IMG/VR virus record: IMGVR_UViG_3300005144_000001
Coordinates: 1 to 43,780 of that record
DNA length: 43,780 nucleotides
Strand: one strand, 5' to 3'
Origin: a virus
Taxonomy: Duplodnaviria > Caudoviricetes
The notes below the pieces were generated by a model. That model saw nothing but the letters and a program-made list of their open reading frames with translations. It made no database searches and was not told the DNA's origin. The position numbers were made by a program, and so were the translations under genes. Shown here in pieces: positions 1-9,852 of this stretch (position 1 is its first letter; each line of letters opens with the position of its first letter).

Positions 1-798
1 ATGTCTGTCATGAATTTCAGGCTGGTCACCGGTATTAAAAACTTTGTTGAACCCAACGATTGAGAAATTTATTTTTACATGCTTATATTTTGCAAACGTC
101 CTGTTCAATAACTGATGAACCTTAAGCACTCTATCATCTATAGACCTGCTGCTTTCCTGAGACAATATTTCCTCCGCCAAAATGGTAATCGATAAAGTTC
201 CATTATGTCCTTCGGGAATTATTGCCTCCAATAAAGGAATCAAATTTTCGTTTAAACGATTGTTTGATTTATCGGAAAGAATGTATTTATCGGAAATGAC
301 AATACTATTATTTGGAAACTTACCTATGAATTTTAGGTCATTCCAACTATTAAATATATCCTGGTCGTTTTCATCTGAAGGAAGGGCAACTGTTTTTTCC
401 ACTGATTTATTTTTCTCAAATGCCGCCCATTTGCTGTTAATTTGAGATGTTGAAATAAATCGATAACCGAAGTTTTCCTCCAGATTTTGAATTTTAGCTT
501 CGTCGAATTCCATCAGGAACATTTTGAAACCTCCGTTTTTAAGGCATGAGTCCAAATATTCTTCTTCTGTCAGCTCCGGGAGAAAAACAATATCAGGGAC
601 CTTCGATTCCTGAATGATGTCATTGAAAAAAAGCGATGCTTCATCTGATTCCCAAACCTCATCGAATGAACTAAAATTTGTAATAATTGTATAAAAATCA
701 GCATGTTTCAAAAACTCGTTTTCAAAGTTAGTTAGTGTCTTGCTCGTTGGAACATCCCAATATTTTAATACAAAGTGTTTATCGATATATACTTCCAT
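1..798 (-). CDS. PLD-like (DxY...HDR) putative nuclease, partner of ATPase; 3' end outside window
   Basis: Not in the ORF track. My translation from ATG at 798: MEVYIDKHF...FNSWNDLKF...IVISDKYIL...ENLIPLLEAI...EIHDRH, open to base 1. Colinear with ORF 6038-7003 (MDLYIDK, FATWNDIK, IIIIDPYLL, ENLLTWLDAI, EHDRT). Confidence 0.7.
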   Translation of the reverse strand, partial: MEVYIDKHFVLKYWDVPTSKTLTNFENEFLKHADFYTIITNFSSFDEVWESDEASLFFNDIIQESKVPDIVFLPELTEEEYLDSCLKNGGFKMFLMEFDEAKIQNLEENFGYRFISTSQINSKWAAFEKNKSVEKTVALPSDENDQDIFNSWNDLKFIGKFPNNSIVISDKYILSDKSNNRLNENLIPLLEAIIPEGHNGTLSITILAEEILSQESSRSIDDRVLKVHQLLNRTFAKYKHVKINFSIVGFNKVFNTGDQPEIHDRH

Positions 799-800
799 AA

Positions 801-2807
801 TTAATTCATCTGAGCATGCTTCATTCGCATCAATTCAATTTTCCAATATGACGCTTCATCGAAAAAACCTTTACCAAATTCGCCGTCTAAACTACCGTCA
901 GTCTTAATCTCTAATTTTCTCACTTGCTGCTCATCCTTCTTAATTGAATTTGGATTGTTTAAGTAGTATAATATTATTTTATCGGCCATTGCCTGGGGGG
1001 TACTACTTTTCGCTACCAAATACTGGAATTTTCGTATCAAGTATTCACTGTGGGTTTCAATGAGAAACCAGGTATATGAGCCATACGACAGCATACTCGG
1101 ATCGGTGGAATCACTATATCCGGCCGCATCCATAAACATCTCGGCTAACCTGCTTTGGAAATTCGGATGCAAAAAGGCTTCCGGTTCCTCAAGGATTAAC
1201 ATTTTGGCCTCTGGATCGCCATGCGGCGCTTTATGCAAAATACCGATGCTAGCATCAGGGGCTTCTGCCCTGTCGTAATGGAAGCTGTCAGCAATTTTTA
1301 GTATCAGGAATATCAACTTTGCTTTACCGGTTCCTTCTGTTGCTATATTTACCCATTTGTTGTTTTTGCGTATTTTTAACTGAAAAGCGTCACCCCAATC
1401 GTTCAGTACGATCGCTACCTGGTCGGCCAGTTGAAATTCCTTAAGCCATTTTACAACAAAGCCAATTTTCGTGTCATTATCCCCGAATGTCACCCATGGC
1501 CTGATTTGTTTCAACAAAGTCACAGTAGGACTATTGGAACTGAATTGATAAGTACGGTTGATTTCAACATTTGTCCCATCAAAAAAATCCAGTAAATCAA
1601 GTTCACGTGATATGTATGAAAATACCGTACTTATTAATTGATTGATGTAATTGGCGAAAAGAAATATTGGATCCTCCTCATCCCAAGGGGAAATCACAGG
1701 GAAAAAGTCAGAATGTGAATTGTTTTTAAAGAAATACCCCATGATATACTCATCCAGCATATCATTCATCTCTATATCTGGACCTAGACGAGAAAGACTG
1801 AAATTAAACATAGAGGATCTATGTTTGAAGCTTTTAGAGAATAACTGCTCCACAATTGCTTTCTCCCTTTTCCGGAACAGGTTCAATACCTCGTTGCGTG
1901 TCATATTGAATATCAGATCCAACATTTCGCGCGGAATTTCAGGAACGGAATGTTTGTTCTCTTCAAATAGCGTTCTTAAGGGTTTGTCAGCTTTATCCTT
2001 TAAAAATTCACAAAGCGGATAGTTCCCAATTGTATGGAATCCCTTTGCTTCGATGAATTTTGTTTCTGTTTCCGGCCTCAAGATAGAAAAGTTCACACGA
2101 CCTCCTTCATAGCGTACCTGGTAGTATTTAGACTGCCCGGAGACTTCCGCTACTTCTTCGATGTTGGGATATTCGGGGAAAAGGGCCTGTAACTCGTTAA
2201 TCAGCTCAGAATGTTCACTTTTAGTATAACTGGTAACTACAGAATAAAAGCCTTGATCATACTTCTTACTTAAATCGAGAAAGGCCCGGGCCATTTTACT
2301 CTTTTCGGCAATACTTGAGAAGTATGGCATCAAGTAATCGTAATTGACATCTATTTTAGGATCCTTGTCGTCGAGTCGATCGAAGTTGATTAATTCAACT
2401 GCCGAATCCTTTAGGCGTAACACAATGTTTAGACTGGCCAGCTCCGCTTCTTCCTCCTGTGTTCCTTGTTTATATTTCAGAGAGACTGAAAATTCACCAT
2501 TTTCGACGAAAAAAAACTCATTGAAATCGATAATGTCGATGGAATATTTAAAGAATGGCTCTTTCGCCCTATAATTAAGCACATTTTCGAAGCGCCCCAA
2601 ATCTACGGCGTTCAGATCGAGTTTCCGAAGGGAATCAGTTTCCCACTTTCCATCAGGGCCTTTTTTTAAATTGTTCTTTAATAGCCGTATCGCCTGGGTA
2701 AAACTACTTTTACCAGAGCTGTTCTGGCCCGTTACGATGTTTATCGTTCGGGTGTTGATTGTTGAATCCTTTTCTATTGCTTTAAAGTTTCCTATTGTTA
2801 CCTGCAT
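801..2807 (-). CDS. ABC-type (AAA_15/AAA_21-like) ATPase with DUF3696-like C-terminus, defence-associated
   Basis: N-terminal IGNFKAI, Walker A GQNSSGKS, signature EGTG, Walker B/D-loop LILEEPEAFLHP, H-loop IETHSEY, C-terminal DGSLDGEFGKGFFD. Confidence 0.85.
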   Translation of the reverse strand: MQVTIGNFKAIEKDSTINTRTINIVTGQNSSGKSSFTQAIRLLKNNLKKGPDGKWETDSLRKLDLNAVDLGRFENVLNYRAKEPFFKYSIDIIDFNEFFFVENGEFSVSLKYKQGTQEEEAELASLNIVLRLKDSAVELINFDRLDDKDPKIDVNYDYLMPYFSSIAEKSKMARAFLDLSKKYDQGFYSVVTSYTKSEHSELINELQALFPEYPNIEEVAEVSGQSKYYQVRYEGGRVNFSILRPETETKFIEAKGFHTIGNYPLCEFLKDKADKPLRTLFEENKHSVPEIPREMLDLIFNMTRNEVLNLFRKREKAIVEQLFSKSFKHRSSMFNFSLSRLGPDIEMNDMLDEYIMGYFFKNNSHSDFFPVISPWDEEDPIFLFANYINQLISTVFSYISRELDLLDFFDGTNVEINRTYQFSSNSPTVTLLKQIRPWVTFGDNDTKIGFVVKWLKEFQLADQVAIVLNDWGDAFQLKIRKNNKWVNIATEGTGKAKLIFLILKIADSFHYDRAEAPDASIGILHKAPHGDPEAKMLILEEPEAFLHPNFQSRLAEMFMDAAGYSDSTDPSMLSYGSYTWFLIETHSEYLIRKFQYLVAKSSTPQAMADKIILYYLNNPNSIKKDEQQVRKLEIKTDGSLDGEFGKGFFDEASYWKIELMRMKHAQMN

Positions 2808-2844
2808 AGGGGGATTTTATTATCTCGTATTTCTTTTTTATTGA

Positions 2845-4143
2845 TTATATTTCTTCTTCTGCCCAATCCCGCACATCAATTTTCCCGGTGACGGCTTCCG
2901 AAATCAGGGATTGACGGTAGAGTTTGAGTTTGTCGATTGACTGCCTCAATTTATGTATCACCTGTTCTCCATATTGTTCTTTCTCGTCGAGATAGTCAAC
3001 AATTTGGTTTTGTTCAGCTATTGACGGAAATACGATGGATGTGTTAGCAAGAAAATCTATTTCAACACTTTCAACAGTAGCACCTTGCTTCACAATCTCA
3101 TTAAGTAGATTTAGTTCATTTCCTTTAATGAAATAAAACAAGTAATTAGAAGATACTCTGCCCCTAGAAGTGAAAGCTTTAATGTCTTGATTAACGGTGA
3201 CAGGTGTTCCTGTTATTGCGATTGGAATTGTACGTTGAAGTATTCCAGAACGAACTACCATTAAAAGATTGCCCTCATCAATTAAGTTCGTTGTAGAATT
3301 TGCCAAACCTTCATCTGTGATAAAGTCTTCGGTAGTAGTAATTAGGTCAACTTTCATGTCTTTTGGAGAAACCCAAGGAATTGTTCCATTCCAAAATTCA
3401 TCTTCCTGTTTATTGGGTGTTCCACCACCAGTTATTTCAAATAAATGCTTCAGTTTCACCACTTCCCAATGCTCCGGAATTTCTCCCAACCACTCAATGC
3501 CACTTTCTTTCATCGTAGCATTTGGATTTAAGCCTTTGGTTACGGCCTCGTTAATGATGGCCTGGCGTTGCAGCCTGAGCTTTTCAATGAGTTGTTCTTT
3601 TTTCTCAATCAACGCATCGATTTGTGCGGTTTTGTGGTCGAGAAAAGAGGCGATGGTGGTTTGTTCAGAAGGAGAAGGAACCGGAACCTTTAGATTATTT
3701 AAAAATTCTGAGTTTGCCCGAGGCATTTTGGCTCCATATGTAGAAGAATTAACTGCATCAATAAAGTTTGGTGACAACAATAATTTATGGAAAAAATGAT
3801 TGCTATTACTTTCATTACACCTGAATACCAGAAATTCAGTCGAACAAATGCCTTCTTTTTGTGCAAGAAATACTTTTGCTAAGTATGGTCTCAATTTTCC
3901 GAAAAGTATATCTCCCTCTGTGAAATAATTGGCTAGTCCCTCTGCTTCAGAATCTGTAACGATATACCTACCTGTACCAGATTCAATGTTTTCCATTCCA
4001 GTATACGTCAGCTTAGAATCTTGGCTCAAAACTTTGTTATTAGTTAAACTGACCTCGTATTTGAGTTTATTTAATTCCCAGTGTTCAGGAATCTCCTTTA
4101 ACCAATCAATCCCACTATCCTTATATTTTTCGTACTGCTTCAT
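2845..4143 (-). CDS. hsdS: Type I restriction-modification specificity subunit
   Basis: Two TRDs with repeated conserved blocks (YKDSGIDWLKEIPEHWE / MKESGIEWLGEIPEHWE; PSPSEQ / PSIAEQ; INEAVTKG / ISEAVTGK). Coupled to hsdM. Confidence 0.95.
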   Translation of the reverse strand: MKQYEKYKDSGIDWLKEIPEHWELNKLKYEVSLTNNKVLSQDSKLTYTGMENIESGTGRYIVTDSEAEGLANYFTEGDILFGKLRPYLAKVFLAQKEGICSTEFLVFRCNESNSNHFFHKLLLSPNFIDAVNSSTYGAKMPRANSEFLNNLKVPVPSPSEQTTIASFLDHKTAQIDALIEKKEQLIEKLRLQRQAIINEAVTKGLNPNATMKESGIEWLGEIPEHWEVVKLKHLFEITGGGTPNKQEDEFWNGTIPWVSPKDMKVDLITTTEDFITDEGLANSTTNLIDEGNLLMVVRSGILQRTIPIAITGTPVTVNQDIKAFTSRGRVSSNYLFYFIKGNELNLLNEIVKQGATVESVEIDFLANTSIVFPSIAEQNQIVDYLDEKEQYGEQVIHKLRQSIDKLKLYRQSLISEAVTGKIDVRDWAEEEI

Positions 4144-5966
4144 TATGCCAACAGATCTTTTAATAGGTCAACAATTCCTTTTTCACCGGTTTCCGGATTG
4201 CCATATTCCAGAACTTTAATGTCTTCGGCAATGGTTTCGGAGCTTTCCAAACCTTTGTACTGGTAGAAATACTTGGTGAAGTTGATTTCGTATCCAATGC
4301 GGGTTTTGTCGATGTCCATCCAGGCATCGGGTACATGGGGCAATACTTCGGCTTTAAAATAGTCGTCAATATCAGCCGTTAAGGGCACGTTTTCCTTGTC
4401 ACGTTTTTTACTGTCGGGTTTGGGATTACCCTTTTTGTCGGTTTGTACGCGGCCTTTTTTGTCATGCAGCGGTTGTTCAATGGTCAACTGGTAGTAACCA
4501 AAGTAGTCGTTGTCGAATATTTTGCAGTATTCACCTTCCTCAAAGTTGTTGTAGATTTCGGTAATCTGCTCAATATACTGGTCCTCAATTTTATTGCGTT
4601 TGTTACCCAGACTTTTCTTTTCGGGATTGGCAAAAATGAACTCTGTTTTTTTGCTGCCGTTGGTGCCTTTTTCGATATTCGCAGCGGCATTAATTAGCTG
4701 TACTTTGCCTTTGCGGTGAGGTGCTTTTTTGTTGGTGATGAACCATATGTAGGTGTTAATACCTGTGTTGTAGAAGAGGTCCTTGGGCAGCGAAATAATG
4801 CATTCGAGCCAATCGTTTTCAACAATCCATTTGCGGATTTCGCTTTCACTGCTACCAGCGTCGCCGGTGAAAAGGGGAGAACCGTTGGTAACCACTCCAA
4901 TCCGACTGCCTTCCCGTTCCATTTTGGAGATCATGTGTTGCAGGAACAACAGCTGGCCATCACTGGTTCGTGGCAGCCCGGCATAAAAACGTCCTGCCGG
5001 ATTTAAGGCTTCGTTTTGGATGTACTTTTGATCTTTTTTCCAGGAAACTCCGTAAGGAGGATTGGCCATCATGTAGTGGAAATGTTTTCCTGTAAACTGA
5101 TCGTCGGAAAACGAGTTGCCGTATTTGATGTTGTTGCCATCTTCACCGGTAATCAGCGCCTCTGATTTGGCAATGGCAAAGGATTGCTCGTTGATTTCCT
5201 GACCATAGGTTTTTATCACGGGTTTATGGTCATTGTCTGCGAAGAGCACATCTTCAATGTACTTTTTGCCCAGGTTGACCATCCCACCGGTACCGCAGGC
5301 CGGATCGAATATCGTTCGGATTGTACCCGGCTGGCTGAGTTCTTCTTTTTCCGGTGCAAATATGATGGCATTCATCAGTGCAATCACATCACGGGGAGTA
5401 AAGTGCTCTCCGGCTGTTTCGTTGCTCTGCTCGTTTGAGATACGGATGAGTTCCTCAAACACATATCCCATTCCGTGATTGTCGATCTTATCGTTATGGA
5501 GGTTCACCCGACAGATGGCATCAATCATCTCGTAGAGCAACTTATTCTTAATTAAGCGGGCAACGATTTTATCGAACTGAAAGCTTTCCAGGATATCGCG
5601 CACCTCCAGGTTAAAGCCATTCAGGTAATTGTTGAAATTAATTTCGATGTTACGCGGATCGTCCTTTAAGGAAATTAAGGTATGTTTTGAGGTGTTGTAA
5701 AACTTCAGGCCCCCGGCAGCTTTACGCAGAATCGGATCGAGTTTATCTTCGGCCACTTTATCGTGAAAATTGTTGTAGGCCTCACGCACCTTTTCGTTTG
5801 CATTCTCTAAAATGCAGTCCAACCGCCGAATCACGACAAAGGGTAAAAGCACATCACCAATTTCGTTCTTCTTGAAGGCATTCCACAATACATCGTTGGT
5901 AATTTGCCAGATGAATCCGACTTCTACTTTGTGGGTATTGTTGGTATTGTTTGTTTCGTTACTCAT
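4143..5966 (-). CDS. hsdM: Type I restriction-modification N6-adenine methyltransferase subunit
   Basis: GEHFTPRDV, SAM-binding FDPACGTGG, catalytic ANPPYG, LFYNTGI, C-terminal GYEINFTKYFY. Confidence 0.95.
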   Translation of the reverse strand: MSNETNNTNNTHKVEVGFIWQITNDVLWNAFKKNEIGDVLLPFVVIRRLDCILENANEKVREAYNNFHDKVAEDKLDPILRKAAGGLKFYNTSKHTLISLKDDPRNIEINFNNYLNGFNLEVRDILESFQFDKIVARLIKNKLLYEMIDAICRVNLHNDKIDNHGMGYVFEELIRISNEQSNETAGEHFTPRDVIALMNAIIFAPEKEELSQPGTIRTIFDPACGTGGMVNLGKKYIEDVLFADNDHKPVIKTYGQEINEQSFAIAKSEALITGEDGNNIKYGNSFSDDQFTGKHFHYMMANPPYGVSWKKDQKYIQNEALNPAGRFYAGLPRTSDGQLLFLQHMISKMEREGSRIGVVTNGSPLFTGDAGSSESEIRKWIVENDWLECIISLPKDLFYNTGINTYIWFITNKKAPHRKGKVQLINAAANIEKGTNGSKKTEFIFANPEKKSLGNKRNKIEDQYIEQITEIYNNFEEGEYCKIFDNDYFGYYQLTIEQPLHDKKGRVQTDKKGNPKPDSKKRDKENVPLTADIDDYFKAEVLPHVPDAWMDIDKTRIGYEINFTKYFYQYKGLESSETIAEDIKVLEYGNPETGEKGIVDLLKDLLA

Positions 5967-5999
5967 TTTTTATTTGAACTCGTTGTTTCGTTGACAATG

Positions 6000-6035
6000 C
6001 AAAGATAGATTTTATGTGTGCAGTGGAGGTGCATA
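6000..6035 (-). promoter_or_regulatory. Bacteroidetes -7 promoter box plus palindromic operator upstream of hsdM
   Basis: Minus-strand TATCTTTG (6000-6007) matches TAnnTTTG. TGTGCA-N7-TGCATA at 6017-6035 lies 9 bp from the box. Confidence 0.6.
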
Positions 6036-6037
6036 GG

Positions 6038-7003
6038 TTAATTAAAGCTTAAATATCCAGAATCTAGGTCACCCTCAACACCATCATTCTTCATACAGAA
6101 ATCTATTATTGCTTGTACATCTTTTATAGCTTCATCGGCTTTTACATGATTATCATAACGCACTAAGCTTTTTATATTTAATTCTTTCCCTTTTGTTATT
6201 TTGTAACCCTTTGCAAAATAATTGAAGGAGTTTCCTGAATATCGTAAGTAATTCGTGATAATTGTTCTATCGTGCTCTTTATTTGTTTTAACAAAGGTTA
6301 CTTCTGATTTCTTCCCGGTAACTTTCTTAATTCTTTCTTTTATTCTTTCTCGAATATCTTCTAATTCATACCTAATTTCAGCGGGTGCTACTACTATTAC
6401 GATATTTATTTTTGATTTACTTTTTGAGCAAATTGCATCTAACCAAGTCAATAAGTTTTCCTCTATTACATCACACTCTGGTCTTTTTTCTTTAAGTAGG
6501 TACGGGTCAATAATAATTATATCAGTCAGCGGTAATGAAAAACATTTAATGTCATTCCATGTAGCAAATTCATCAGAGCCAATTCTTAAATCTTTCTCAA
6601 AGATGTAATCATCATGTTGCAGAAAAAGACTTTTAAATATATCTATTTCGTCACCAGGCATTCCGACTAAAACAGCTCCAGTTTCTTTGAAAACTGATGC
6701 ACGTTCATCATCCAATAGATAAACTGCACTAAGTTGTTCTCTAGTGAAATTATTGTGAGTATTTGATTTTAGGGGACGTTCAGGAAATGATGTATTCCAT
6801 TCTGATGCCAATGAATCTCCGACGCCTTCCGTAAGAGCAGGGAGCAGAGGGAGTAATTGCTTCTCCTCAAGAAGTTCGCCTTTGTCAAAATTAAATTTTA
6901 TGTTTAGTTGTCTCTTTAGAAGCTTTAAAGAATCCTGAAATAAGGGATTATCTTTAGACTTTACAAAAGAGATTAAGTTGGCCTTATCAATGTATAAATC
7001 CAT
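6038..7003 (-). CDS. PLD-like (DPY...HDR) putative nuclease, partner of ATPase
   Basis: IIIIDPYLL and EHDRTIITNY...GNSF motifs resemble MIT_C/PLD-like domains. Paralogous to 1-798; starts 2 bp after the ATPase stop. Confidence 0.7.
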   Translation of the reverse strand: MDLYIDKANLISFVKSKDNPLFQDSLKLLKRQLNIKFNFDKGELLEEKQLLPLLPALTEGVGDSLASEWNTSFPERPLKSNTHNNFTREQLSAVYLLDDERASVFKETGAVLVGMPGDEIDIFKSLFLQHDDYIFEKDLRIGSDEFATWNDIKCFSLPLTDIIIIDPYLLKEKRPECDVIEENLLTWLDAICSKSKSKINIVIVVAPAEIRYELEDIRERIKERIKKVTGKKSEVTFVKTNKEHDRTIITNYLRYSGNSFNYFAKGYKITKGKELNIKSLVRYDNHVKADEAIKDVQAIIDFCMKNDGVEGDLDSGYLSFN

Positions 7004-7005
7004 GT

Positions 7006-8592
7006 TTACAATATTTCAAAAGCTAATTTTGTTGATACATCAAAAAAACCAGAGCCAAATTCATCCTTAAACTTGCCATCTTTGCGATACCTCATTTGAT
7101 ATGGACCTTTCTTGTCAAAATAGTAAACGACAAATGGTAGTTCCTTAACGTTTTCTTTGGTATATAGCTCTTTAACTCGTAATTGGGATTTTCGTAATAC
7201 ATATTCAGAATGAGTTTCAATAATAAATCGAATACCGAAGTTATCATATGCGTCAAAAAATAATTCAGTAAGTTCTGATTGTAATGCCGGATGTAGGTTA
7301 GCCTCTGGTTCTTCAATCATTATTATTGTTTCCCTTCTTCTTAAAGATCTTGTGAATTCGAGAAACCTGTTTCTCTCTGTCTGCTCATCAATTTTAAGTG
7401 CAATGGAGAGAAGAATAGTAAATATTTGACCAGCGCCAAAACCTTTGTCAACTAAGTTTATAGGGGTTTCATTTTTTTTATCATCATCTGTTTCATATAT
7501 GTGAATCATGCTAGCGATACCTTCCACTGGTTTGATATTATAATCTACTCCAATATCAAATCTTTCCATCCATATTTTGAGAAATTTTCCAGCTTTACTG
7601 GCTTTTTTTATAGGTTTCTGGGAGTGCTTACTTATTAAATCGTATATGTCGTTAGTATGTTCATCAATTATATATAATCTTGTCTGACTGTTTCTATGCG
7701 GACTCAAATGTTCCACGGTAAATTTCAATGCACTTGATATTTTTTCAGATATTCGCATTAATGATAAGTGTGTGTTTCGGTCGTTGTAATTACCTAAGTT
7801 CTTTTCATTCTCTCTGAAGTATTTTATTAAGCTAACGCGAATTATTCTGTCTATTACGGGCAATCCATCCCTTAAGTCTTCCATCTCAAAAATTGGAGAA
7901 AAGAGAAAAATATCTTTGGGTTTTTCTTTTTCTCCAGATAGCTCTTTGATTTTGGCAATTATTTCTTTTTTGGTTTGCTTCTGCTTATTTAATTGTTCCT
8001 TAAGTCTAATTTGGTTTCTTGTTTCCTGTTCATTTGCTAGCTTATTTTCAGTACGTTTAATAAGTCCTTCGATTCTTACTTTGTTTCTCTTAAGACTTTC
8101 AATTTCTTTTGATAAGTTACTGCGTCCTGTTTCAATAAAACCATCATCTACAGTGATTTGGAATTTTTCCTCTTCCAAATGCTCCATTTCAAACCAAGAA
8201 CCGTCGCTAATTCGTTTTATATTAATAAATTCTAAAAATCCACTCTGAATTTTTTCTGTTTTTCTCAGCGGTTGAATTAATGGGCGGAACCTTAGTGTTG
8301 TTTCAAAATCGTCATTATCAAAGCTAAACTCGATTTCATGTTTACCCTCTTTAAAGTTGTTCCAATTTGCTGCATTTTGGTAGCAATCGACTTTGTGATC
8401 CCATTTATTTTCGCCTCTGAAGCTTAACTCTAGGTGGTTATCGGACTGTCCATAATCGCTTAAAATCATTAAAGCTTTTAATATTGACGATTTGCCTGAA
8501 TTGTTAGGACCAGTAAAGAAGGTGATGGGACCTAATTCTATTTCCCAAGATTCTTTTACTTTACGGAAATTGGTAACTTTAATTCGTTTCAT
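7006..8592 (-). CDS. ABC-type (AAA_15/AAA_21-like) ATPase with coiled-coil insert and DUF3696-like C-terminus
   Basis: VTNFRKV, Walker A GPNNSGKS, signature KGFG, IMIEEPEANLHP, IETHSEY, DGKFKDEFGSGFFD. Confidence 0.85.
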   Translation of the reverse strand: MKRIKVTNFRKVKESWEIELGPITFFTGPNNSGKSSILKALMILSDYGQSDNHLELSFRGENKWDHKVDCYQNAANWNNFKEGKHEIEFSFDNDDFETTLRFRPLIQPLRKTEKIQSGFLEFINIKRISDGSWFEMEHLEEEKFQITVDDGFIETGRSNLSKEIESLKRNKVRIEGLIKRTENKLANEQETRNQIRLKEQLNKQKQTKKEIIAKIKELSGEKEKPKDIFLFSPIFEMEDLRDGLPVIDRIIRVSLIKYFRENEKNLGNYNDRNTHLSLMRISEKISSALKFTVEHLSPHRNSQTRLYIIDEHTNDIYDLISKHSQKPIKKASKAGKFLKIWMERFDIGVDYNIKPVEGIASMIHIYETDDDKKNETPINLVDKGFGAGQIFTILLSIALKIDEQTERNRFLEFTRSLRRRETIIMIEEPEANLHPALQSELTELFFDAYDNFGIRFIIETHSEYVLRKSQLRVKELYTKENVKELPFVVYYFDKKGPYQMRYRKDGKFKDEFGSGFFDVSTKLAFEIL

Positions 8593-8596
8593 ATTG

Positions 8597-8632
8597 CAAT
8601 ATTATTTGCGACCTGTGCATTCAATCTTCACA
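8597..8632 (-). promoter_or_regulatory. -7-like promoter box plus palindromic operator overlapping the WYL stop codon
   Basis: Minus-strand TAATATTG (8597-8604, one mismatch to TAnnTTTG). TGTGCA-N7-TTCACA at 8614-8632 has the same 9-bp spacing as at 6000-6035. Confidence 0.55.
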
Positions 8633-9640
8633 AGTGGAATATTTTTCTTTTAGTGTTTCAATTCTCTTTGCAATTGACTCTCTTAGAATCTGAGGTTCGA
8701 TCACTTCTATTTGCTCACCGAAGGACAGTATCAGGGCTTCCAATTCATAGTTCAATTGAACTTCCAACTCAATTAGAGAAAAAAACCGGTCGGTGCTCTT
8801 TACCTTCTGTGAACCATGAATAGGCTTAGACGCAATATACGGGAAAAGGTCTGCATCTACCTTCAAGATTACTTTTTGAGGTTTCTGGTCTGGATTCACG
8901 GAAACACCAACTACATCCTCAAAGTACTCGGAGAAGTCTATTTCAGTATTCGGGATATATTTCAATGGGCTCTCTTCTATTTGTTGAATCCGATCGAGTG
9001 CTAAATTGGTCAGATTACCATATTCATGATTTCGTCCAAACAAAAACCAACGGTTATTATATTGCTTTAAGTGGTAGGGGTGAATGTCGAAAACCAAATC
9101 TTTATCAGCCTTGTATGGCCTGTATTGAATCTTCAGAGCTACTTTGTTGACAATTGCATTGTATATTTTGCCAATGTGTTCTTTACCCTTCAAATAAGGG
9201 TTTTCTTCAAAGCTGATTAAAGTTTCCTCCGTCTTTAAATGAAAGGTTTGCTCCAGACGGGCTTTTATTTCTTCTACCCATTCGAATTGGGGCATCCCCT
9301 TAAAACGGGAGAGTGTAAGTAGCGATTCTTTTAGTTGTTGGGCTTCCTGCTCATTGAGTGGTTGACTGTTGATGGAAAATTTTATGTCGGTATAGCGATA
9401 AAAAGCTTTTCGGCCATCCTTAAAAGATTCAACAGGAGCATTGAAACCTTTTGAATCCCGCATGAAATTAATGTCTTGATAAATCTGGCGCCGTCTAACG
9501 CCGGAAGAACCGGGGGCAATGTCCCATAACGCTTCGTTGCAGGCTTTGATTAAATCGTCGATGTAATATTTTCGTCCCGGGTTACGGAAACATCTATCTA
9601 AAGCCTGGTATCTTATGGTTGCGTTTTTGTTGGTTGACAC
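8621..9640 (-). CDS. WYL-domain transcriptional regulator (HTH-WYL-WCX, BrxR/CapW-like role)
   Basis: N-terminal HTH (IRYQALDRCF...RRQIYQDINFM), WYL core HPYHLKQYNNRWFLFG...LALDRI, WCX tail ILSFGEQIEVIEP. Likely start is GTG 9640; the ORF track extends it to 9691. Confidence 0.9.
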   Translation of the reverse strand: MSTNKNATIRYQALDRCFRNPGRKYYIDDLIKACNEALWDIAPGSSGVRRRQIYQDINFMRDSKGFNAPVESFKDGRKAFYRYTDIKFSINSQPLNEQEAQQLKESLLTLSRFKGMPQFEWVEEIKARLEQTFHLKTEETLISFEENPYLKGKEHIGKIYNAIVNKVALKIQYRPYKADKDLVFDIHPYHLKQYNNRWFLFGRNHEYGNLTNLALDRIQQIEESPLKYIPNTEIDFSEYFEDVVGVSVNPDQKPQKVILKVDADLFPYIASKPIHGSQKVKSTDRFFSLIELEVQLNYELEALILSFGEQIEVIEPQILRESIAKRIETLKEKYSTCED

Positions 9641-9852
9641 GGTTATACCTTTAGTTTTCTGGTCGTTGTTAGATTCGAGTATAAAAACCACTTTTATTGT
9701 TTGTCCAAATTAATAAAGAAAACATAATTTGAGGTGATTGTTGAGGGGTTTTATGAAACAAATAGGTAGTGGACTAAAAGCAGAATACAAATCATACTTT
9801 ATGTTAATATGTCTGTTTAGTTTTGTGGGACTAGATAAAAACTAAAATTTAA

